DNA from: Mycoplasma mycoides subsp. capri
GTDB taxonomy: Bacteria > Bacillota_I > Bacilli_A > Mycoplasmatales > Mycoplasmataceae
Direction: 5' to 3'
NCBI RefSeq assembly: GCF_018389705.1
Contig: NZ_CP065581.1
Location: 870,001 to 902,000 of the forward strand
DNA length: 32,000 bases
Shown here one piece after another: positions 1-10,816 of the stretch; the first letter of the stretch is position 1, and each line of letters begins with the position of its first letter. Made by a program: the position numbers and the translations under genes. The notes beneath the pieces are model-generated. The model saw only the letters and a list, made by a program, of their open reading frames with translations, made no database searches and had not been told where the DNA came from.

Positions 1-798
1 ATTAGTTAATAAAGTATAACTTGATACTAATTCTTTTAAATTATTATTACTAAATAAATATAAATCTAAATAATCCTGATCAACTTTAAAAGATAAGATA
101 TCAGTTGTTGGAGAACCTATTTCAAATGTTGTTTTACAACTTGTATTAATTAAAAATCCTCAATTATTTGTTGAATATAATAAAGGCAAACCATTATAGG
201 CTAAATCATTATTTGTTACACAAGAATTATCAGTATTTCAAATAACTGATTCAACTCCATTTTTAACTAAAGGTCTAAATTTTTCACCAAGTCCATAAAA
301 TTTTTCATCATTTTCAATATCAAATGACATGAAGATTTTTTGATTTTTGTTTTGATCAATTTCAATTCCTAAATTAGGATTAATAAACCCTTCAAAAAAT
401 TGATAACCAGTTCTTAGTGTAGTTCTTGTTTTTATTTGATTATTACTATCTATTATTTTTAATACAAAGGGATTAATATTAAAAATTAGTTTTTCATTAT
501 TTTTTAAATCGATAATAATTTCTTTATTAGTTTTTATATAACTAATTTTTTCTGATTTTAAATTATTATTTAAATGCTCATTAAAAACTTTATTAATTGA
601 TCTTTGAGATAATTTTAAGTTGATAATATTTGATTCAAATAGTTTGATTTGAAATGTTGCTTTTTGTAAATTTGAAAAAGTGATTTCAATAAATAAACTA
701 CTATCATTAGTTCAAAGATCAGATACTTTTGTTGTTATTCAATATTCGTTTTTAGGATCAAAGATTCTTTGTTTAATTGGAAATGAATATTCTAACAT
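1..798 (-). CDS. Glycoside hydrolase family 31-like (alpha-glucosidase/alpha-xylosidase type), N-terminal 266 codons; the 3' end runs off the window
   Basis: ATG at 798-796, open under code 4 down to position 1. The translation MLEYSFPIKQRIF...DEKFYGLGEKFRPLVKNGVESVIWNTDNS...NGLPLLYSTNNWGFLINTS carries the FYGLGE and WNxD pattern I associate with GH31 N-terminal/catalytic regions. It starts 13 nt after the PTS EIICB stop. Confidence 0.6.
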
Positions 799-811
799 TT
801 CACTTGTGATA

Positions 812-2677
812 TTATTTGGCTTTGGCATTTTTATTTCTTTCTAGTAATTCTAATATTTCGCCTTTATAAATATCAGCTTTTGGTCCATAAACAATTTGTA
901 AAGAACTACCTTTATTTAAAACACCCACTGCTCCAGTTAATTCTTTAAACTTATTATCAACTTTAGCTTTATCTTTTACTTTAACTCTTAATCTAGTCAT
1001 ACATGCATCAACATCATCTAAATTATCTAATCCACCTAATAAATTAACTATTGTATTAATAGTTTGATCGGATTTTGTTTTAGCTGATTTAGTTTGCTTT
1101 TTAGCTGGTTGATCTTCTTTAATAGTTGTAATTTCACTAGTTGATGTTTCATCATTAGTAAATCCAGGAATTGCTGGTTTGAATTTTTTAGTAAAGAAGT
1201 AAAATACTGCAAAATAAATTCCACCAAATGCTATTGTTACTAATAATAATCATAATCCTTGAATTCATAAAATACCTTTTAATCCAATACCACTAACTGA
1301 AGTTGGAGCAAATACAAATAAGTATTTAATTAATGTTTCAATTCCACCAAATGCATGAATTCTCATTGGAATAAAATCACTAATTCCAAATGCTATTCCA
1401 GTTAAAATTGCATGTAAAACATATAATAAAGGAGCTGAAAACATAAAAATAAATTCAATAGGTTCAGTAACTCCAGTTAATAAACAAGCTGCTAATCCTG
1501 AAAAATAAATTGAAGAGTATTTAGCTCTTTTTTCTTTAGGAATTGCAAATGCCATACCTAATCCAGCACCAACTAATGAACCTGATGAAGTAATCATTTG
1601 TCCAACTTTAAATCTAACTGGAACAACTGAATCTAAAACAATTTCATAAGCTTGTTGCATTGTTAAGCCATTTACATTATTATGTTTTGCTGCATAATCA
1701 GCTCATCCGCTTTTTACATTACCTAATGCAGTAATTCAACTTAATCAGATTTTTTCTTGCCCTTGTGCTTTTAAAGCTTCTTTATTATTTTCTAAACTGT
1801 TGAAGAATTCAGCAATAACTTTAGCATTTTCGTTTGTTGTATTAATAAATTGACTAGCACTTGTAAAATCTACACTTCCACCTAATTGACTATAATTCAT
1901 AGGAATTGTAATCATGTGGTGTAATCCAAATGGTAATAATAATCTTTCTGAAGTTCCATATAAAAATGGAGCTAAGAATTTTAATTTTTGTTCTTTTGCA
2001 AAGAAATTACCTAAATGATTAATTACAGTTTGAAATAATGGTCAAATTAATCCAATTCCAACTGAAATTGGTAATACTATAATAATCACCATAAATGGAA
2101 CAAATCTTGCACCATTAAAAAATGATAATGCTTGTGGTAATTTATTAAAATTGTAATACTTATTATAAATTGTCGCACCAACAAATCCCATTATAATTCC
2201 ACCAATGGCATCATATCTAATTGACATTACTCCTTCTTGGCTACTAAAAAATAATTCGTGTTTTTCTCATCTACCTAAAATATAATTTAAGAATTGTATT
2301 TCACCAGCTTCAGTTGTTCTTGTTATAAACATTGAAGAACCAACAGCTAATAAAATAAAGTAGGCAAAAGCAGCAGCAAATGATCCACCATATCTATTTT
2401 TAGATCAAGTACCACCAATTGCAACAGCAAATAATAAACCCATATGACTAAAAGCTGCTCAACCAACAGTTTCAATAACCCCACCAATTTGATTGAAAAC
2501 TTTAGCTGAAGCTTTAATTTGTCCTAGCCCTAATGGACCAATTATTTTTCCTAAAATAATTGTTAGTCCAGCTGCAGGTAAAAGAGCAACAAAAGTCAAA
2601 ATAGATTTAGCAAATTTTGAAAAAAATTCGTGTAAGTTACTCTCTTTAGCTTTTCTAAAATCTAGTAATTTTTTCAT
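812..2677 (-). CDS. PTS glucose/maltose-family EIICB component (621 aa), no EIIA domain
   Basis: Track ORFs 2459-2677, 2042-2227, 1265-1660 and 812-1000 share one frame and are separated only by TGA; intervening pieces spot-checked, no TAA/TAG seen. Polytopic EIIC core (LPFGLHHMITIP) followed by a C-terminal EIIB domain with the phospho-Cys motif DACMTRLRV. AGAAAGGAAAAGA lies directly upstream of the ATG. Confidence 0.85.
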
Positions 2678-2760
2678 TCTTTTCCTTTCTAGTTCACAAA
2701 ATATATTTTATAGAGAATTTTTATTTTTTTAGTTTATGATTTAGAAAAAACTAGATTTTA

Positions 2761-2793
2761 AAAACAAAAAAAGAACTAGAATAACTAGTTCTT
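2761..2793 (-). terminator. Intrinsic terminator downstream of tuf
   Basis: 9-bp stem aagaactag (2771-2779) / ctagttctt (2785-2793) with loop aataa. On the minus strand it is followed by TTTTTGTTTT (2761-2770). It lies 20 nt after the tuf stop. Confidence 0.7.
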
Positions 2794-2812
2794 TTATAAA
2801 TTATTTAATTAA

Positions 2813-4000
2813 TTATTTTTCAATTGAAATAACTGTTCCAGCACCAATTGTTCTTCCACCTTCACGGATTGAGAATTTAGTTCCTTCTTCAACAGCAACT
2901 GGTTTGATTAATTGGATTTCCATTTCAACATTATCACCAGGCATTACCATATCAGTTCCTTCTGGTAAAGTAACTTCTCCAGTAACATCAGTTGTACGGA
3001 AGTAGAATTGAGGACGGTATTTATTAAAGAATGGTTTGTGACGTCCACCTTCTTCTTGAGTTAAAGCATAAACTGAAGCTTTTAATACAGTATGTGGTTT
3101 AATAGTTCCAGGTTTTGCTAAAACTTGTCCACGTTCTACTGAATGTCTATCAACACCACGTAATAATGCTCCAACATTATCTCCAGCTACAGCAAAATCA
3201 AGTAGTTTTCTAAACATTTCTAATCCAGTAACAACAGTTTTAGTTGGTTCTTCTTTTAATCCAATAATTTCAACTTCTTCGTTTACTTTTACAGTTCCAC
3301 GTTCAACACGTCCTGTTGCAACAGTTCCACGTCCAGTAATTGTAAATACGTCTTCAACTGGCATTAAGAAAGTTTTATCAGCATCTCTTTGTGGAGTTGG
3401 GATGTATTCATCAACTGCTGCCATTAATTCATTAATTGCTCCAGTTCATTTTGAATCACCATTTAATGCTCCTAAAGCTGAACCTCTAATAACTGGTGCT
3501 CCTTCTCCATCAAAGTCGTATTCAGTTAATAGATCTCTAATTTCCATTTCAACTAGATCGATCATTTCATCATCTTCAACCATATCACATTTGTTTAAGA
3601 AAACAACGATTTTTGGAACTCCAACTTGTCTTGATAATAGAATGTGTTCTCTAGTTTGTGGCATTGGTCCATCAGTTGCAGCAACAACTAAAATAGCTCC
3701 ATCCATTTGTGCTGCCCCAGTAATCATGTTTTTAACATAGTCAGCGTGACCTGGGCAATCTACGTGTGCATAGTGTCTATTAGCAGTTTTATATTCAACG
3801 TGTGCAGTATTAATTGTAATACCACGTTCTCTTTCTTCTGGGGCATTATCAATATTTGCATAATCTTTGAATTCTGCGTTACCTTGTTCAGATAAAACTT
3901 TAGTAATAGCAGCAGTTAATGTAGTTTTACCATGATCAACGTGTCCAATTGTTCCAATATTAACGTGAGGTAAACTACGGTCAAATTGTTCTTTTGCCAT
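2813..4000 (-). CDS. tuf: Elongation factor Tu (395 aa)
   Basis: 3446-4000 and 2813-3424 are in frame and joined by a single TGA (..GDSKW/TGAINEL..). G-motifs [13 protein letters not shown] and NKCD are present. AAGGAGAAAAAAAC precedes the ATG. Confidence 0.99.
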
Positions 4001-4037
4001 GTTTTTTTCTCCTTAAAAATTTCTATACAAATCAAGA

Positions 4038-4066
4038 ATAATAGATATATTTCTACTATTTTGTCT
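4038..4066 (-). promoter_or_regulatory. Candidate sigma-70-type promoter for tuf
   Basis: Minus strand reads AGACAA (4066-4061), a 17-nt spacer, then TATTAT (4043-4038), about 38 nt upstream of the tuf ATG. Judged by eye only, and such boxes arise easily in AT-rich DNA. Confidence 0.4.
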
Positions 4067-4080
4067 GCCCCTTTTGGGGC
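4067..4080. other. All-GC hairpin GCCCC-tttt-GGGGC between fusA and tuf
   Basis: 5-bp pure G:C stem with a tetraloop. On the plus strand it is followed by gttttta; on the minus (coding) strand it is preceded by UAAAAAC and followed by AGACAAAAU, so there is no U-tract in the sense direction. Confidence 0.5.
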
Positions 4081-4131
4081 GTTTTTACTATTATATATTT
4101 TACACTTATTTAATACTTAATTCAAAAAATA

Positions 4132-6201
4132 TTATTTACCTGATTTTTTGATAATTTCATCAGCAATTGCTTTTGGAGCTTCTGCATAATGACTAAATAT
4201 CATAGTGTAATTTCCACGTCCTTGAGTAAATGAACGTAATTCAGTAGCGTATCCAAACATTTCAGTTAATGGTACTTTAGATTTAATTGTTTGAGCATTT
4301 CCTCTTTGTTCTGAACCTTCAATTATTCCACGTTTTGAAGAAATATTTCCCATAACATCTCCATAATATTCATCTGGAACTGTTACTTCAACATTCATAA
4401 TTGGTTCTAAAACAACAGGATTCATTTTTTTAGAAGCTTCTTTTAAAGCCATTGAAGCAGCAATTTTATATGCCATTTCATTTGAGTCAACTTCATGCAT
4501 TGATCCATCAACAATAGTTGCTTTAACATCTATCATTGGATATCCTGCAATAACTCCGTTTCTTAAAGCATTTTCTAACCCTACACGTGCTGAGTTAATG
4601 TATTCTTTTGAAACACGTCCTCCAGTAATTTTATCAACTCATTCAAATCCTTTGTCTTTGTTTGGTTCAAATTCGATCACAACATGACCATATGAACCAC
4701 GTCCTCCAGATTGTTTGATATATTTACCTTCAGCTTTTCCTGGTGATTTAATAGTTTCACGATATGAAACTTGTGGTGCACCAACATTAGTTGCTACATT
4801 AAATTCACGTTTCATACGATCAACAATAATATCTAAGTGCAACTCACCCATACCAGCAATAATTGTTTGTCCAGTTTCATCGTCTGTATAAGTTCTAAAA
4901 GTTGGATCTTCTTCAGCTAATTTTGATAAAGCAATACTCATTTTTTCTTGGTCAGCTTTAGTTTTTGGTTCTAATGCTAATTGGATAACAGGTTCAGGAA
5001 AGACCATTGATTCTAAAATGATTTCTCCTTTTTCATCACATAAAGTATCACCAGTTTTAGTATTTTTTAAACCAACAGCTGCAGCAATATCACCTGAATA
5101 AACTTCTTCAATTTCAGTACGGTTATTTGCATGCATTTGTAAAATACGTCCAACACGTTCTTTTTGTTGTTTAGTTGAATTTAATACATAACTACCTTTA
5201 GTTAAAATTCCTGAATATACTCTAAAGAATGTTAATTTTCCAACAAATGGATCAGTCATAACTTTGAATGCTAATGCTGAAAATGGTTCAGTATCATCAG
5301 CGTGTCTTTCAACTTCTTCACCTGTTGGTAAAATTCCTTTAATTGATGGGATATCTAAAGGTGATGGTAAATAATCAACAACAGCATCTAATAATAATTT
5401 AACACCTTTATTTTTAAATGCTGAACCAGCTAATACTGGGAAGAAATCAGCATTAATTACACCTTTTCTAATTGCTGATTTTAATTCAGAAATACTAATT
5501 TCTCCACCATCTAAAAATTTCATTAATAATTCTTCATCATATTCAACAGCAACTTCAACTAAATGTGCTCTTAATTCTTTAGCTTGTTCTAATAAATTAG
5601 TTGGAATTTCAATTTCTTTATAATTTTCTTCAGGTTTTCCATCAAACTCATAAGCTTTCATTTCAACTAAATCAATAATACCTGTGAAGTTTTCTTCAGC
5701 TCCAATTGGTAATTGAATTGGGGCAGCTTTAGCACCTAATCTATCACCAATAGTTTTTACTGAATAAATAAAATCAGCACCTGTTTTATCCATTTTATTA
5801 ACAAAAACAATACGAGGAACTTTATAATTTGTTGCTTGTCTTCAAACAGTTTCAGTTTGAGGTTCAACACCAGATTGACCATCTAAAACAGCAACAGCAC
5901 CATCTAAAACTCTTAATGAACGTTCAACTTCAACAGTGAAATCTACGTGACCAGGAGTATCAATGATGTTAAATCTTGTGTTTTTTCAGAATGCAGTTGT
6001 AGCAGCAGATGTAATAGTAATCCCACGTTCTTGCTCTTGAGCCATTCAGTCCATTTGTGAAGCACCTTCATGTGTTTCACCTATTTTGTGAATTTTTCCA
6101 GTATGAAATAAAATACGTTCAGTAGTAGTAGTCTTACCAGCATCAATATGAGCCATAATACCAATATTACGAGTATTTAATAAACTGTATTCTCTAGCCA
6201 T
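4132..6201 (-). CDS. fusA: Elongation factor G (689 aa)
   Basis: 4132-4536, 4639-5793 and the unlisted N-terminal piece are in one frame with 4 in-frame TGA. N-terminus [35 protein letters not shown] at 6201-6199, preceded by AGAAAGGAAAATAGCAA. Confidence 0.99.
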
Positions 6202-6225
6202 TTGCTATTTTCCTTTCTAATTTGA

Positions 6226-6693
6226 TTATCAACGATAATGAGCAAACGCTTTATTTGCTTCTGCCATTTTATGAGTATCTTCACGTTTTTTAACTGATCC
6301 ACCAATATTATTTGATGCATCAATAATTTCATTAGCTAATTTAATTGTCATAACTTTTTCGTTTCTTAATCTTGCATAATTAATTAATCAACGTAAAGCT
6401 AAAGTGATTTGTCTTTCAGCTGAAACTTCTACAGGAACTTGATAGTTAGCTCCTCCAATACGACGAACTTTTAATTCTAAGTGAGGTTTAATATTTTCAA
6501 TAGCTTTATTAAATACTTCAATTGGTTCTTTATTAGTTTTTTCTTTAATTATATTAAATGCATCATAAATAATTGACTGAGCAATTCCTCTTTTACCATC
6601 TAACATAATTTTATTAATTGCACGAGTAACTAATTTAGAATTATAAATTGGATCTGCTAAAACATCTCTTTTTTCTGCTCTATTTTTACGCAT
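6226..6693 (-). CDS. rpsG: 30S ribosomal protein S7 (155 aa)
   Basis: 6388-6693 continues in frame through TGA to TAA at 6226-6228 (..AFAHYRW*). [24 protein letters not shown] is typical of S7. Confidence 0.98.
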
Positions 6694-6779
6694 GGTAATA
6701 ACTCCTTTCTTTTTAATATAAATATGCTACTTTTAATGTGTTCTTTTTAATTCATATACACACTTATTAATTTGATTTA

Positions 6780-7199
6780 TTATTTTTTAACTTTTGGTCT
6801 TTTTACTCCATATAGTGAACGTCCTTGAGAACGTTTTGCTACACCTTGAGTATCTAAAGTACCTCTAATTACGTGATATCTAACCCCAGGTAAGTCTTTA
6901 ACACGTCCACCACGAATTAAAACAACACTGTGTTCTTGTAAGTTGTGTCCTTCTCCAGGAATATAAGCATTAACTTCCATTCCATTTGTTAATCTAACAC
7001 GAGCGTATTTACGTAACGCTGAGTTAGGTTTTTTAGGTGTCATTGTTGCAACACGCGTACATACTCCACGTTTTTGAGGTGATGCGATTTTTGTAACTTT
7101 TTTAATTAAAGTATTAATCCCTCTGTTTAAGGCTGGAGCTTTGGTTTTTCATGTTTTTGCTTTACGGTTAACTTTAACTAATTGGTTAATTGTTGGCAT
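6780..7199 (-). CDS. rpsL: 30S ribosomal protein S12 (139 aa)
   Basis: True start [17 protein letters not shown].. at ATG 7199-7197 with AAGGAGGAAAATAC upstream. One in-frame TGA. The track ORF 6780-7043 is only the C-terminal part. Confidence 0.98.
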
Positions 7200-7249
7200 G
7201 TATTTTCCTCCTTTCACATTTCCGAGTGTATTGAATTAACACGTTTTAT

Positions 7250-7277
7250 ATTATATATAAAAATAAGTTAGTTTCAA
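7250..7277 (-). promoter_or_regulatory. Candidate promoter of the rpsL-rpsG-fusA operon
   Basis: Minus strand reads TTGAAA (7277-7272), a 16-nt spacer, then TATAAT (7255-7250), about 50 nt upstream of the rpsL ATG. Confidence 0.45.
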
Positions 7278-7322
7278 CAAAATCATACTAATTAAAAAAA
7301 TAATATTTTAAAAATAAAATTT

Positions 7323-8852
7323 TTATAATAAAGGTTGAATAATGTTATAAATTTTAATTACTATTTTTCTAAATCAGTTAATGTTTTTATTTGGTAAATG
7401 ATCATATAAATAACTGTTTTTAAAATCTTGTTCAAATTTATTTGAAATAGTTTTATTTAATGATTTAGAATAAACTAATCCCATTGTTTGTTGATCTGCA
7501 AATAAAGCTCTAAAATCAAGATTTGTTGATCCAATAAATGTAATTTCATCATCAAATAAATAAGTTTTATTATGATTAAAAACATTATTAATAGAATAAA
7601 TTTTAACTCCAGCTTTATATAATTCTCTAGTTCATTGTTTTGTTTGATCTAATAAAAAAGCTTTATCAGTTAAACCTGGAATTAAAATTCTAACATCTAA
7701 TTTTGAATTAGCAGCATTAATTAAAGCAGTTCTAATTTCTTGAGGAGGAATAAAATATGGAGTTGAGATTCAAATTCTTTTTTGAGCTGAATTAATTAAA
7801 TTAATAAAAATAGATAAATGTAAAGGTTCTTCATGATTTGGTCCACTTGAAACAATTTGAACTAATTGATCTTTACATTTAACAGAATAGACATTATCTA
7901 AATCTAAATCTTGTTTAATTGAATTTTTTTTAAAACTTGGTTTATAAAAATCATAATCACTAATAAAAATACGTTGAATTTCACTTACAGCATTACCTGT
8001 AATTTTTAAAGAACAATCATTTCAATAACCAAACTTATTATCTAAATTAATATATTCATCACCAATATTAATTCCACCAATATAACCAATTTTATTATCA
8101 ATTATTATATCTTTTCTATGATCTCTATAATTTGCTGTTCATTTAATAAATGGAAATCTAATTGGTGCATAACAAACAATTTGACACCCATATTCTAATA
8201 ACTTAATTTTTGCTTCTTCAAATAATGTATAACTTCCAGCAAAATCATAAATTATATAAACTTTAACATTTTCTTTTAATTTTTTAATTAATAAATTAGT
8301 TAATTCATCTAATAACTTACCATCTTTAAAAATATAAAAATTTAATAGAATATAGTGTTTAGCATTTTTAATATCTTTAAACAAATTTAAAAATAATTGA
8401 TTACCATTTTCTAAAAACTCAACTTTACTATTTAAAAAAATATTATTAGTTTGTGAAATAGAAGCTGTTTTAAAAGCACGTTTAAATTGCGGAATTTGAT
8501 TAGTTAAAATTTGATCAATTTGTTCTAATTCATTTTCTGAATGTTTGTTTTTAATGTCTAAAAATTTGTAGTTTTTTGTAATTTTATACTTATAAGATCT
8601 ACCAAAAAATAAATAAGATAAAACTCCGATTATAGGAATACAAACAATAAAACAAAATCATCTAATTCTTGTTTCAAATCTTCTTTTTTTATCAGCTAAT
8701 ACTATAAAAGCTCAAATAATTGCAAGTAAATGAAAAATTCCAAATCCAATTAAAGGTCAAGTAAAAAAATAAATGTTTAATAGCAACAAACCAAATATTG
8801 TTAAACCAAACATAAAAATTAAAGATAAAACTGTAACAATCGGCTTTTTCAT
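7323..8852 (-). CDS. cls: Cardiolipin synthase, PLD superfamily (509 aa)
   Basis: Checked codon by codon: no TAA/TAG between ATG 8852-8850 and TAA 7325-7323. N-terminal TM helices and two HKD motifs (DHRKDIIIDNKIGYIGGINIGDEY and NHNKTYLFDDEITFIGSTNLD). AAGGAAG lies upstream of the ATG. Confidence 0.85.
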
Positions 8853-9559
8853 TATTTTTTCTTCCTTTTAATATCTAATTTACTAATTCATTTATTGTTT
8901 TTAATAATTAAAAGATTAAAAAAGACTGGTGTTAATTGTTTAATGTTTTTAATATAATTTTCATTACATATCATTTCTAAATTAAACAAACTATATGAGT
9001 ATTTATAATTTAGTTGCAAGCTTAAATACTTTTTAATATAAATAAATAAAATTAATCAATAACAATAACTATAAGCAAGCATTTTTTTATCATTTTCAAA
9101 CATTAAACTAAAACTATTACTAATATAGTGATAAATTTGATGATTATTAAAATAAGTATTTATAAAATCAGTGCTAAATTTAATATCATACTGTTTAGCA
9201 ATTTCTATTAGTTGTTTTTCATAATTTATATCTAAACTATTGTATTTTCTATTTGTTGCAATTTTTTTTATAGTTATATTGATTTGATTTAATTTTTGTT
9301 CTGATAGACTTTTATAAAATTTGTGATAAAGATAATAAATACAAAAATTTATAAAAGAAATATTAGCTCAAAAGTTTTTATAATTTAAGTTATTAATTTT
9401 TAAAATAATAATAAAGTTGTTTAATAAAATATTTGATTTTTTATTAAAATCAGTGTTTTTTAAATAAATATCTTCTAGTTGATTATTTTTTAAAAAATCT
9501 AAAAACAGCCTTTTCTTTTTTACTAAAGCTAAGTTTTTTTTAATAATTTTTCTTTTCAT
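8852..9559 (-). CDS. Hypothetical protein (235 aa), basic, rich in N/K/Y/I
   Basis: Track ORF 9368-9559 continues in frame through TGA; checked codon by codon to TAA 8854-8852. GGTGAT lies upstream of ATG 9559. The stop overlaps the cls ATG by 1 nt (TAATG). I recognise no motif. Confidence 0.7.
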
Positions 9560-9585
9560 TTTATCACCACTAAATTACTTTTATT

Positions 9586-9623
9586 TTATAAAAAAATAGG
9601 CTTTATTTGAAATAAGCCTATTT
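9586..9623 (-). terminator. Hairpin plus T-run about 30 nt upstream of the 235-aa gene
   Basis: aaataggctt..aagcctattt (9594-9623) forms a stem with one bulge. On the minus strand it is followed by TTTTTTTATA. Confidence 0.55.
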
Positions 9624-9748
9624 AATGAAAGTTATTTTTTAAAACATTTGCTAATAGCAGAGTTATATAAAAGTTAGTATTTAAAATTAAAATATTTTTA
9701 AAAATTATAACATAACTACTTTTTATTAAACTACACTACTTTAATTAG

Positions 9749-9782
9749 CAAAATAAAAATAACTACTATGTAGTAGTTATTT
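9749..9782 (-). terminator. Intrinsic terminator immediately after the 304-aa gene
   Basis: Perfect 12-bp inverted repeat aaataactacta (9757-9768) / tagtagttattt (9771-9782). On the minus strand it runs into TTATTTTG. It begins 6 nt after the stop at 9788. Confidence 0.6.
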
Positions 9783-9787
9783 AGTCA

Positions 9788-10702
9788 TTATTTTAATCTA
9801 TTTAATAAAGGAACAACAAACTTAGATGCTTCTAAATTAGTTGTGCTTTGTCTTACATATAAAAATGATCTATGTTGACAATCAGCAGCCATTACTTTTC
9901 TTAATTCTTTTACTACAAACTTACTTTTAATGTTTGGAACAAAATAAAATTCTATTAACGAAATTCCTTTAGGAACAATTGCATCTAAAAGTTCTAAAAC
10001 ATCAATTTCATTTTTTGAATATAACCCAATTAATTGAAAAGTCTTATTATTAATTGAAAATATAACAATAGCATCTAAATTAGAAATATAAAACACATTG
10101 TTTCTATAGTATTTTAATAAACTATAAATTGGTAGTGCACCATCTTCTCTAATATAAAATAAAGAATTGTTTTTACTACTGTGAAATAATTCATCTTTAA
10201 CAAACTCAAAATCAGCTTGATTAGTATCTAAATCTAATCTTTTTAAAACACTTAATTTTGCTTCTTTGTTAGGATCTCATTGCATAAAATAAGTATATTC
10301 TTTTATTTTTTTAAAACCATTTCTAATCAAAACTTCATCATTTTCTACATTTGAAAAAGTATAAATAAAATCAGAAATGTTTTCATATTTTTTAACAACT
10401 CCTTGAATTAATTCATTAACCATTAAAGGGTTGCTTTCTTTTGCTTTTGTAAAAGTATTAGTTAATAAAATTGTATTTAAAACAGTTTTATTAATAATTG
10501 CTTTACTTTTAATAAAACCACTAACTGCTAAAACACCATTTCTTTCATTAACAATAGTTACTGGAATATAAGCTGAATCAAAATTATTATTAACCATTCA
10601 CTCTTCAAAAGTTTTTGGTCCTCTTTTTTTAATGATAGTATGCATCTCTTGTAAAAAGTGCTTGTTGTCTCTGTAGTTAAATACTAAACTATGTGAGTTC
10701 AT
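9788..10702 (-). CDS. Hypothetical protein (304 aa), possibly a two-domain GNAT-like fold
   Basis: 10277-10597 and 9788-10096 are in frame; the gaps were checked and contain only TGA. ATG 10702-10700 is preceded by AAAGGAAC. The N-terminal half ends in ..DEVLIRNGFKKIKEYTYF, resembling the GNAT C-terminal (F)YxxxGF motif, but I see no clear Q/RxxGxG/A motif. Confidence 0.7.
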
Positions 10703-10816
10703 ATGTTTAAGTTCCTTTATATTCAATATAAATATATCATAATTTTCTAGATTTTAGAATGACTAGGTAGTTAAAAACCTATAGATATTTAGTTAATAAT
10801 ATGGTATAAAAATCTT

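Noticed and set aside
812-2677. Reading the many short same-strand ORF fragments (here and in fusA, pyrG, gltX, cls, MFS and PTS-2) as pseudogenes or a decaying region
   Set aside because: All fragments of each gene share one frame and are separated only by TGA. Housekeeping genes show the same pattern, so this is a code-4 effect and not gene decay.
2493-2732. Plus-strand 79-aa ORF
   Set aside because: It is antisense to the N-terminus and RBS of PTS EIICB-1, with no RBS and a nonsense-like sequence.
3402-3895. Plus-strand ORFs of 112 aa (3402-3740) and 62 aa (3707-3895)
   Set aside because: They lie entirely antisense to tuf, whose identity is unambiguous. The translations are low-complexity (S/I/C-rich) with no start context. 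Long antisense ORFs are expected opposite a highly expressed gene with biased codon usage.
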